Positions 14,230-25,649 of a stretch of 64,000 nt of DNA are shown piece after piece (position 1 is the stretch's first letter; the number at the start of each line of letters is the position of its first letter). Made by a program: the position numbers and the translations under genes. The notes under the pieces were generated by a model. The model searched no databases. It saw only the letters and a list, made by a program, of their open reading frames with translations, and was not told where the DNA came from. This DNA comes from the human T2T-CHM13v2.0 reference genome, Homo sapiens. The stretch is from NCBI RefSeq assembly GCF_009914755.1, contig NC_060935.1. One strand, written 5' to 3'.

Positions 14230-15123
14230 TCCGTTCCTGAAGAGCCCCCGTATGGTCCTTGGTCAGGGCGATCCGCCCAGCTCCCCTAGAAAGTTGGCAA
14301 CCTAGCTAGCCAAAAGAAGAGTCCCCTATTCCTGAAACTTACTCTGTCCGTGGTGCTGAAACATTGTACCGAGACCCGCCCAGACGGGCGCTGTCAGCCG
14401 CTGAAAAAAAAAATCTTCCCCGAGGCTGCCCAAATCAGAACTGTGTATCTTTTATTTACTCACGTCCTCAAAGAGCAGCAAGCCTTCTCCATCTTAATTT
14501 GACTCTACCGCAGAGCAGACTTACGCTGGCGTGATGGGAGGAGATCATGGGCAGAGAGGAAAAACTAATAGCAGCATTGCTCACCTGAGACCTGAGATGC
14601 TCCCATGAGTTTTGAATATGCTCTGCTCCTTACAGCAAAGACACCATTTTTAAAAGTACCATTCTTTTGACTTTGCTGTTCCCAAGGCTTCTGTGATATT
14701 CCGGCCCCTCCGTTTAAAAGCCATCAGATTTGAGAGCAATAAGTCTTCAAAACCGGGAATTTACATTGTTTTTCAGCTGACCGACTTCCAGGAAAAGGAC
14801 TCAACCGCATCTACCCAAATACCGTGGCACTGCTTGCGCTCTTTGCCACCGGATCCTCCCCTTCCAATGAGACTTTCTGATTGTGTCTACCAACTCTCCT
14901 ATTAGGAAACCCGTGGGTTGCATGCAGCTATTCTGTTGTATTCTCATTCTCACTCTCCCTCCCTTCTCTCACTCTCACTCTTGCTGGAGGCGAGCCACTA
15001 CCATTCTGCTGAGAAGGAAAAGCCCGCAACTACTTTAAGAGATTAAGACAATATGCGCAATCCTCGCCTTTCCTAGCAATCACTATTTAAATCTGGCAAG
15101 AACTGACAACAGTCTTTGCAAGA
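14230..15123 (+). promoter_or_regulatory. SLC17A6 proximal promoter / 5'UTR
   Basis: Repeat-free, CpG-enriched relative to flanks, no clear TATA box; CT-rich initiator-like tract ~14940-14982. Confidence 0.7.
14340..14360 (-). promoter_or_regulatory. RE1/NRSE (REST-binding silencer)
   Basis: Minus strand TTCAGCACCACGGACAGAGTA; first 17 nt identical to the canonical RE1 consensus; ~765 bp upstream of the ATG. Confidence 0.9.
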
Positions 15124-15209
15124 ATGGAATCCGTAAAACAAAGGATTTTGGCCCCAGGAAAAGAGGGGCTAAAGAATTTTGCTGGAAAATCACTCGGCCA
15201 GATCTACAG
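15124..15209 (+). CDS. SLC17A6: VGLUT2 exon 1, coding part ([29 protein letters not shown])
   Basis: Strong Kozak context agaATGg; donor CAG|GTAAGA; phase 2; too short for the ORF track. Confidence 0.97.
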
Positions 15210-15401
15210 GTAAGACAAAGCGAACACTTGCTTACCTGGGGCTCAGCATGAAAAAATCTGCAGGGCCGTTTCCGTAAACCCTGGTGGCTCAGAAAGATTG
15301 TAATATGATCGGAAAGTCTTTTTGTTGCCCATTGCTTGGAGCGGGGGTGCTCTGGAAACCTGCTTATTAATGCAGGAATGTTGCACTAAATGAACCTGTC
15401 T

Positions 15402-15402
<1 letters not shown>

Positions 15403-15438
<36 letters not shown>
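15403..15438. repeat. (GT)~18 microsatellite in intron 1
   Basis: Perfect dinucleotide run. Confidence 0.95.
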
Positions 15439-15441
<3 letters not shown>

Positions 15442-15647
15442 ATTTTTGCTTTGGTGCCTGCAGAGTTTTTGTCCTTTACTACACAGGATTTATCTTCTTT
15501 ACAGTTAAGAAATGGCCAGCCCCTGCTCAAACAGCGTTTCTTTTGGTGCTTATAGATACCCCGAATTAAATTCCTTTGATGCAGACAAATGAATATAAAA
15601 CACAACCATCTAAAAAAATAACCAAGAAATTCCAAAGAGTAATGGTT

Positions 15648-15805
15648 TATATATATATATATGTTATATATATATGTTATATATATATGTTATATATATA
15701 TGTTATATATATATGTTATATATATATGTTATATATATATGTTATATATATATGTTTTATATATATATATATATATATATGTTAGAGAGAGAGAGAAAGA
15801 GAGAG
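15648..15805. repeat. (TA)-rich 13-bp unit array (GTTATATATATAT)n followed by (GA)n
   Basis: Directly visible tandem units. Confidence 0.95.
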
Positions 15806-17499
15806 GTCTCAGCTTCAAAAGCATAGTAGAGAATCCCCTAGTGAAATATGTCTTCTGTATTGAATGAAGAAGAATCAAAATATATCAATAATTGATAGTT
15901 GAAGCAATTCCTTTCTCTGAGCCTGAAACAATGTATATGCATTTTTAATTATTTTCATCTCCTAGAGTCTATTTCTTGCATAGGAAATGTCAATGCCTGG
16001 AAGAACAGCCATAAATATAACAAGCAACATTACTTTGAAAGTCCTAGAAATGATTTAATTATTTAATCCTCCTGTAGTCACTATACTAATTATGCTGTAA
16101 TTTGCAAAACTTTAAATCATTTCAAGTATGTTATATGGATACAGCTTTTCTTAATAATTAGAGCAAAATCAAGACGACAGGGCAGACATAAAAGGAAAAA
16201 GAATTACAAAGGAGCACTAATTTTAATATTTGGGAAATTGAAGTCTCTGTAAATGCATGAGAAATGTAAAGAAAATGATCAAACCACTCCCAGATTTTCC
16301 AAATCTCTTCAGGTTTGGCGGGCTTCATGTAGGCACGATTATGCACCTATGCGGCAGTAGATACCGCAAGGGCCCTGCAGTCCCACAGCTACCATGGAAA
16401 GGGATGTTCTTTCCCAGTACAACTGCCATCCGGTGCAGAGCTCAACTTCGTATATTTGAGCACACGAAGCAAATGCAGGAAATGAAAAAAAAAACCGCAT
16501 TGGCTGAATTTTTTTCTCCCAGTAAAAATAAATTGCAATGTTTTCTAACATTGTGATCGGACTTTAAGAATAAACATTAACCTAGCCACAAATACCTTTA
16601 TGACTTATTCTCCAGGTGCTACTTTATAGAATTCGGAAGCCTGACATTTTTCTTCGGGTGGCCTCAAACTTCTTGACAGCAGTATTCCAAGCTATGCATA
16701 TTTGAAATTAGTTTAAAAATTTCACTTGCTTTACCCGTGTGTGTGAAAACAATTGGGTGTTCACATAGCACTTAAAACAGCACAGGTGAAAAGCAATTAC
16801 ACGGTAGATTGGAAAAAATATCTGCAAATTGTAAACGGAAAGGCTCTTTGTTTAAATATCGAAAGTATCAATCGCAAGGGGCTACGTACAGAGATGTTAC
16901 CTTATACATTCCTTTTGTTTGTTTGTTGTTAATAGAAATTTCATGAATATGTTGTAGACTAGAACACTACCACCTTTTAGTAAAACCATTCCTTTTCTCT
17001 GCATTCCCCTTTTCATTTGTCCCTTCTCCCAAGGACCAAAGCCAAAAATGAATTGATGGTTGAAATCTTATGAAACACTATGCAAAAACAAATATTTAAG
17101 TGAGATCTTCCCCTTTGATGTGGAATATCTTACAAAAGTTGATTTGGGGGAGCCTTTGTATATCTGGGAGTCGCATTTTGCGTCTTGGGAAATGGACCCT
17201 TGACATTTTTCGGTGTTTGTAAGAGAGATAGTAATGACGCAAGATTGTGAATAATTAATTATTCATGTTCTGGCAGTAGGAAGCTTAGGTGTCGGCCATA
17301 TGCTGTGGAGCCCTTTGTCTCCAACTCGAGTAATAAGAAAAAAAAAATAGTAAGAAGTGTAACAGGGGAGTAAGCATTGAACTAGAGCCCTGGGGCGGGA
17401 TGAAGGGGAAGGAGAGTGCATGACACTCTCAGCGAGAGCTCTCAGGCCTTCTCCTCACGCACAGGCACTAGCCTAGAGAGGCCTTAGTCCAGGGGGTGC

Positions 17500-18480
17500 T
17501 CCAGGCTCAGCTCAGGGGGTGGATTGGGGAGCGGAATACCAGCATCGTCAACCTGGAAAGCTTCAACTTGCTAGAAACGGAAAAGGCAGCGCGGGTGGGA
17601 AAGGCTCTCTAGTTGGGCCCGCCTGCAGCGGAGCAGCTCTCTGGTGCTGTGTTGCAGGAGGACACCGCGGTAGTCAGGGTAAAGCCCTGCTGGGCGCGTG
17701 TAGGAGTGGGAGGCGCCTACTCAGGTGCAGAGGAGGCGCTGGTAACCCCTGCCCTCACAAAATGCAGACCCTGCAGATCCTGCAAGAAAGTTAGGCCCAA
17801 GCGGCCTGTGTATCTCAATCAGAGCGCCCAGGGGTGGATCCCGAGATGGGGACTCGCTACCTTAGGCCTAAAGGTGTTAAAGTTGAAGAGACGCCGCCGC
17901 CGCGGCCAAGGGCACCTGCAGAATGTGAGAGAGCCTGGGAGGTCTTGCAGCTTGGTGTCACCCCACCACCCTAATCCCCGAGGGTGGGGGGAGGTCGACG
18001 GCCCTCCTCCCAACCCCGACGGGTCCTGAAAAATGGGAATGGGTCAGCATCGGGGGTACCTAAGCCGCCAAGTCCTTGACTCGCCCCTGCTCTGCCGCGC
18101 AGGGTGCTGGAGAAGAAGCAAGACACCGGGGAGACAATCGAGCTGACGGAGGATGGGAAGCCCCTAGAGGTGCCCGAGAGGAAGGCGCCGCTGTGCGACT
18201 GCACGTGCTTCGGCCTGCCCCGCCGCTACATTATCGCCATCATGAGCGGCCTGGGCTTCTGCATCTCCTTCGGTATCCGCTGCAACCTGGGCGTGGCCAT
18301 TGTGGACATGGTCAACAACAGCACCATCCACCGCGGGGGCAAGGTCATCAAGGAGGTGGGCAACGTCTGGCCGCCCTGGCTCCTGCCCTTCGGCCATGCG
18401 GCCTCGCAAAACCACATCTCCTGTTTGAGCCCCGTTCCCCCGCCACTGAGAGGAAGGTTTGGGTGCTCCCTAAGCTCCTC
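17500..18480. promoter_or_regulatory. Intragenic CpG island over exon 2
   Basis: High GC and dense CpG (cgccgccgccgcgg, ccgcgc, cgccgc) against an AT-rich background; limits approximate. Confidence 0.85.
18103..18355 (+). CDS. SLC17A6: VGLUT2 exon 2 (VLEKKQD...TM1...NNST...VIKE)
   Basis: Acceptor cgcgcag|, donor GAG|gtgggc; matches ORF 18104..18499. Confidence 0.97.
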
Positions 18481-19821
18481 TCTGGCTCTGCCGTTCTAGA
18501 ATGGACCCCAGTAGTGTTATCAGTTCCCTTTTCGCTCTGCTGTCTGGGCCTCCCCTTCCTCAACTGCAAAGTGGAAAAGAGGGTCTAGCTCACCAGGTTT
18601 TGTGAACTGTGACTTAATACAAGACGTTGGTGACTAGCAATGTCCACTAAGTCTAAATAGAAGTGTGTTTGTTTTACTTGGATGAATAGTGTAGCATATT
18701 AATTATAGTTTTCCCAGGACTTCAGTCCCAGCCAAAACATTCTTAATATTCACAATGAAACAAACTGGAAAACAAAATCAGCTGTGTTCATATCAGCAGG
18801 TTCAGCTGAGTGGTCTTTCGGAAGGTTTACCTCCCCCAGGAGGAGCCACAACGTAAGAGGGTCCCAGGGTGGCAGGGAGTCGCGCCCAGAGAGGGGAGGG
18901 TCACGTCAAGGTCACAGAACCCCTGGGTCCAGACTTCCTTCTTAGAAACCCCAGCTGCCGTAAACCAGACTAAGCAGGAGTTGAGTGGAGAAACTGGGGA
19001 AGACTCTTGGAATCCGGGAGACCTTGCAAGATCCTCTGGGTGTCAAAATATTATTTAAAGGGGAAAAAGGGTCCCCAGTTCTCAGGCGGGAAAAGCGCGC
19101 TCCCACCTTTCGGATGTAAATATTGAGCCCCAGTTTACCTTGAGGTTCCCCTCGGGGAGTCACCCAGGCTGCTCAGGGCGGAATTAGACCTCCCTTCAGA
19201 AATACCCCTGCCCCGTATTTATTAAAACCCCTGAGCAATGACTCCCTCTCCCTTTACTCCTCCCATTTCACCGACTACTCCAAACTCTTCAGGCCCATAT
19301 CCGTCCCCATTTGTGGGGACACGCTTTCTCTTAGCCACTAAAAGCCCTGCACCTTTCACCATTTGCTCCCCACCTTCCTTCCTCAGAATTTCCCGATTTA
19401 AGTCTCCAGGGTTGGAAGTCACTACACTACTGTGTCTGCATTGGCCGGATTCGTTAAGTGGACCCCTGACAGGCGTCTCCACATCTGGCTAACAAATCTC
19501 TTCATGGGGAGTCCGAATTTCCAAGACGGGGGCCCTCTAGATTCCTCCTTCATTCAGATGATTCGATCTGCCTGACAGTAGTCAGGGAGCAAAGCCAGTG
19601 CGCCTGGCCTCACTATTAATCACAATACATTTTGTTAATGAGCAGGGTTTTTTCGTTGCAAGAGGCAATTTTGTTAGGAAACGAAAATGAAGCCACTCTT
19701 ATCCCCAGAATGCATGAAGCGCCCAAGCCTTGGGGGCTTTTTGGCTTGTGAACCACTGAAAGTGAGCCTTTGGTACTGACTCTACTTTTTCCCTTCACAC
19801 TTTTTTCCTACCCCTCCATAG

Positions 19822-19940
19822 AAAGCCAAATTCAACTGGGACCCGGAAACCGTGGGGATGATCCACGGTTCCTTCTTTTGGGGCTACATCATCACTCAGA
19901 TTCCGGGAGGCTACATCGCGTCTCGGCTGGCAGCCAACAG
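19822..19940 (+). CDS. SLC17A6: VGLUT2 exon 3 ([22 protein letters not shown]...LAANR)
   Basis: Polypyrimidine tract + catag| acceptor, CAG|gtaatg donor; SLC17-family motif. Confidence 0.97.
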
Positions 19941-20660
19941 GTAATGCGCCAGGCGGGACTGGGGCTCGGGGCGTGGTGTTTGTTTCCTCCGAAGGGGCAG
20001 CAGAAGCTGGAGCAGAGACAACAGCCCAGAGGGGTTTGAGGACTCCCGGGCGAAGTCTTCTAGTCCCTTGACACACCCTCTCAGGGCTGGAGCTGCTGGT
20101 GACTCCTTCCTGAATTAGTCGCCTAAACGAATGTAGGCTCTCTGGGACCAGCGCACGCGGCCTCCTTCCCTCTGCTGTGGCTGAACTTGCTTTTGGCGAA
20201 ATAATCGACGTGCTGTATGGCCTGACAGGAGCTGAGGGCAGACCGGGAGCAGGCAGAGCAGGGACAGTGCGCCTGAGTGCACAAAGGGGTGTAGAACGGC
20301 AGATGCTGCGCTCTCTCCTGCACTCCCCGCAGGCTCCCAGGCTCCCCGAGGGTCTGACCTCCTGGCAAGGCGCCTCGAAGACCTGGCCCCGTCCCCCGCC
20401 CAGTTGGTGCTCTGGGTATGAAGTATTTGTTTCTAGGGGGGCAGGCACCAGCGATGCGATTTCACCTGTTAATGAGCTGCGTAGGGGCGGGCGTTGGGGG
20501 AGCCCTCAGCTGCTTTCAGTGGCCTCCTGCCTTGCTGCGGTGTCCACAACCAAGGTCCTAGCGCCAGTTCCCAGAAGCGCCACCAACGGCACCTGGAGAG
20601 ACACCCCTAAAGCATAAGACCTAAGGACCGATGGGGTGGAGGTGTCGAGGGGCACGCTTG
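19840..20660. promoter_or_regulatory. Second CpG-rich segment over and after exon 3
   Basis: GC-rich with many CpGs; limits approximate. Confidence 0.75.
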
Positions 20661-21875
20661 GCCACCAGAAGGTGAGGGGCAGCTTCCTTTGCTTCACTGT
20701 GTGTACATTGATAAGCAAAACTAAATGCTCTTCACGTCTGAATTGTTGAACCCACACAGAACACATGCACCAGCTCTTTCTGGTCTTTCTGCTTAGATAC
20801 CGCAAATAAAGACTTCCAGGCTTTATTGTACCTAAAACTTCATTCCTCTTCCTACACCCAAAACTCACATTTTAAAGGAAGAGGACTAGAAGTTGGCATC
20901 TCCCTAATAGTGGTCATATGCAACCTGGCCCTTTGTAACCTGGGCACACCTCATCTCTCAGGCCCCATACTGCATCTTTTGTCAATTACTATCCCTTTCA
21001 CTAGCGGTGTCATTTCTGCCCAAGGCTTCTCAGAGTCCTCAGGGCCTGGGGAGGAATTCTTGGAAATTTATTTTAGGCTTAAGGATCCCTAGAGTGAGGG
21101 TTTTGGGGCAGTGCTTTAAAATGTCAAGAGGAGAGTGCCATACATTAGGAATAATGCCTTTCGAGTATCGTCTTTACTTGAAATACGGATGGCTGACACT
21201 AAGAGCAAGTAGTAGACAAACAGTCCCTTTAAAAAAATCAATTTATTGTGTATATGTACCACATTTTATTTATCCATTCATCTGCTGATGGACACTTGAT
21301 GAAACTCATTAACTATGTAGAGAACCCCTTTTTATGGATGTGGTAAATCAAACAAAACATTGATAGTAGGCAAAAATTAAAGACATTCTGTCAAATATTA
21401 TTGATTATGAGCATGTTATATTTTTGGTTTTTAGATCCCCAATATATATAGTCTTCACTCATTTTTTTCCCTAAAAAGTATTTCCTAAATTAAAACAAAG
21501 TTTTCAGAAAGATACCCTAAACATACATGCATGGAATGTTTACACTGCAGGAGAAAAAAAAATCCAACAATTCACCAAAAAACAAAAATGATACAAGATC
21601 TCAATATGATGTCAAATGAAAATATAATGGTGGTGACTTTAAGGGTTTTTTTCAGAGTCAAAATATTCACCTTGTCAAATATTAAAATGCTAACATTTTC
21701 CTGCCGGGAAAAAACACCAGGGATGCTCCAGCTTTTCCTCTTTGTAACACTAGGAAGTCAGTAAACGGGTTTTTCCGATTATTTAAATAAAAAAAAAAAG
21801 CAAACTCATTATTATCTGTGTCATGTTTAGCAATGAAAAGAGTGATGCTGACTCAGGTTCTAATTTATCTGGTAG

Positions 21876-22058
<183 letters not shown>

Positions 22059-25000
22059 TATAGAAAAAAATTTTAATTTTTGGAATTCCTATTTGGATCC
22101 AAATTAATCTTACCTTTAAATGGGTATTCAAGGGAAAGGCCTTAATATTTTCATATATGATATGTTATGTTCTATGATACTGAGAAAATTAAATTAAAAA
22201 TGTATTGTAAAATATCATGAACCTATAGAAAATTATAGAGATCAACTACCTTATCTTGCCTGAAGATTCTGACATTTTGCTTCATTTTGAAAATATAACA
22301 AAACATTGCAAAATGCAGTTGAAGCCTTGTGTGAAAATGGTTTTTAAACATGTATAACATTTTCTTTTCATGTTATAACAATATTGCACATTAGTAAGAA
22401 AAAAATTATAAAAATGATAAAAATTTAATCAGCCTGATACCCCTATTATTAACATGGTGAATGTCCAACTAGTACTACAAATGCTACATAGAATTTTACC
22501 TTAGAAGACTTTTAATAAACACAAAATCAGAGATTTTTACAAGTTGTTTGAAAGACGTATATTTCCTATTATGATCTCTTTTTCAAAAACAGTAAAGACA
22601 AAACAGCAAAACCAATCTTCCACTTATGAGCATCATGTACCCATTCAAATAAGCTTCTCTATATTGATCACTTAAGAATAGAATGAGATTTCCTTTGCAT
22701 GTGATATTGGGGACAGATTCCTTTCCCTCTAGGTGTAAAAGAGTCTCACTTTGGAAAGTTTTGCCACCACTGTTGTGGTGGAACTGAGGAAGATAAACTG
22801 AGGTGTGTGGAGACAGCCACTCAAGAGAGAAGGGCTCCTGGCTACATCTCTTGGCAAATTTCTCAATGAAAAACAAAGAGCAATTATTTGGCTTCTTCAG
22901 TTTATTGATTAAGCAAAGACAGCCCCACTCTTGGTCACAATGCAGACTCCTGGTTCTTATACTACTCAGATTCTAAGTATATTTACTTTCCTGATCATTG
23001 AGAGGAGGAGTTGGAAGAGTCAGGAGGGGAGTAAACCCAGTCTCAGAGGAAGGATGGCTCTTGCATCACTTTTTCCTTTGTCTTCCCTTAAAGAGCTATT
23101 GCACATTATGGGCTGGAGAATTTAGTCACCTCCAGGAAAGGCCTTAGGGTGGGGGGTCAAAGGAAAATTCCTTACAAAATCTTTAATGTTTTAAGATGAG
23201 AACATATTAATATGGTAATAAAAAAATGTGGGGGGCAAATTATTTTTGTCTTTAAATAATACAGGACATCGGCTTATAGTAATCCAGATATTTACAAATA
23301 TGAAATTCCTAAGCACTGGTTTTACCCTGTATTTAAATTGCTGTGAAGAACACGGACACGTGTTTAATGGCATAAATAGCATATATATATATAATATATG
23401 AAATATATATAAATATATAAAATATATAAATATACATTTTTTTTGCAAAAGGCATAACCATAGAAGGTCAGATACAGCAAAGGGAGTTTGATGAACATTA
23501 TATGTTTAATGTATAGCACTGTATCACAAAACTGTTTTGCCTTTATTTAGGTGGTGATATTATTTAAACTCTATTTAATATTTTTAATACCCTGCTCCTA
23601 TCCTCTTGATTTCTCAACGCTGCTTTATTTTTTTACATGGCACTTATCACCACCTGTCATATCAATATTTTACTTATTTATCTGTTTCTCTAATGGTAGT
23701 TTTGCCCATGTTGTTGTTTTTTTCATTGCTATATTACTAGTATCTCAGAGAGTACCTGACTCATGATAAATACTCGTTAAATAAATAAAATAAATATCAC
23801 AACAAGGTGTTTGGGGATTAAAAAAAAAAGCAGTAAGATTTAGGCTCTAAAGCCAAACTGTAGGTTCAGGCTCTTGAATGTGTTACTAAGTAACTGAATG
23901 ATATAAAATGTGATTTATCCCCTTTACACCTTAGTTTGTATTTCTGTAAAGGAGGGCTAATCAAAGTACCTACCTCATGTGGGTCGTAACAGCTAAATAT
24001 ATGTAAAGTTTTCTGAAGTGCCTGGAACTAGGTAATTGCTTGCCGTTATTATTTAGTATTAATGAAATCTTAACTTTCGGGAAAAAAAAGGAAGGAATAA
24101 AACCTCTGTGACTATTCAGCTTATTTTTGTATGAATTTACCTGAAGCATTAATAATGCAAATGGTTTATTTCTAGTGTGATAAAAATGCCTTTTTTCATG
24201 AGTCATATTTCTACCTTTAAAATTATTTTCCCATGTACATTATTCAAATTGAAATTATTGTTCACTAAAAATTCCGTAAATTTTATTTGAAGGCCTTTAA
24301 AGAGCTGTTTTAAAAATATTTTTAGCCAAGTGTATAGAGTGCTAATGATTCAGTACATCCAATCTTTGAATTCTAGCCAAGCATAAATTCACTTAGAGAA
24401 ATCCATTTTAGCTTGAGGTTAGACTTCTCTATTCAAAGTTATAGTTTATTTTCCCCTACCGTAATCCTTTATTTTTGTGTTTTCAAGTATTTCTTGAATT
24501 TCTAACTTGACTTTTTCTAAAGAAAAAATACTTCTTTATTTGAGTAAGACACTTAGGATCACACTTGGTTGTAGCATATAGTGAACCCCACAACAGGAAG
24601 AACCCATATTATTGCTGGACAGAGCTCATCTAATCCAACCCTCTCATTTTACAGAGCAGGAAATAGAGAACTGAGGGAGTAGTGATTTATCTGAGGTCAC
24701 AAAGGGATTGTGACTAGAACTCACTTGTCTGATGATACATGATGGCAAGGTACCTTTACAATGAAATTTAACATGTCTCTCTGATACTATATGCTTCATT
24801 GCAAAGTTTGCTTTCAGCAGTAGGCTGAGCCATCTGCTCTCTGAATGAGTGATTACAATCTATCATGCCCCAAATCCAGGGAAGAATTTCATGAATTAGC
24901 GAGAGAAGCCTTTAGCGGGCCCAAGGGATCCTTAGATTTTATTTTGGCAGGAGAATCATACTGAATTTTTTTTGTGTGTGTGTACTGGCTCCCAAGCTAT

Positions 25001-25605
25001 TTGGTGACAACATAGCTGATTCTGCCCTTTTCTCCGCAAAAGGCAAACTCCACACTTGATAATGACTAAGATGAAGAATCTGATATTCTGTAACAGAGAA
25101 CATGGTATTTATAACTTTTTCTGCCACGCAGACACCTTGTCAGTTTGGGCTCTTAGAACTAAAATTGCAGAGATTTGAACATGACTGGGTGTAGATTAGA
25201 CTTTTGTCTGCAGAAATGAAGGGATTTATCCTTGGGGTTTTGACTGATGCAACTCAATTTACATGCTGTATAAAATAGAAAGTAATTTATACTTAAAAGT
25301 GAGCAAACCCAAAAGCATGGCTTTAAAATTTACTAGTGTACATTTGTATTTATAAAAATAAATTTTAATATACTTTAGGTAAATATTCTGGCTGGCATAA
25401 TTATGAAACATCTCTTGTTAGAATAATTTTCGAAAGGAGAAGAAGACATTTTAAACATAATATCTTCATGTGTTAAGCCCAGAAAGGAGCAATTTTACTG
25501 GTGCTGTTCTGTCATTTTTCTTCAGAGAGATGCAACAGTAAAGATGTGCTTTTATTTATTTGTTGGAATAAGCATTGGAAATGAATTCCTAAGCACCATC
25601 ATCAA

Positions 25606-25649
25606 ACACACACGGACACACAAACACACACATGCACACACACACACAC
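25606..25649. repeat. Imperfect (CA)n
   Basis: Visible CA run. Confidence 0.85.

Noticed and set aside
15576-15867. Y/I-rich repetitive ORFs
   Set aside because: Translations of the (TA)-rich tandem repeat
17519-20868. Long overlapping ORFs on both strands (e.g. 19795-20448 minus, 217 aa; 18076-18588 plus, 170 aa)
   Set aside because: Expected from stop-codon scarcity in GC-rich CpG-island DNA; most lack a true ATG start and show no recognisable homology
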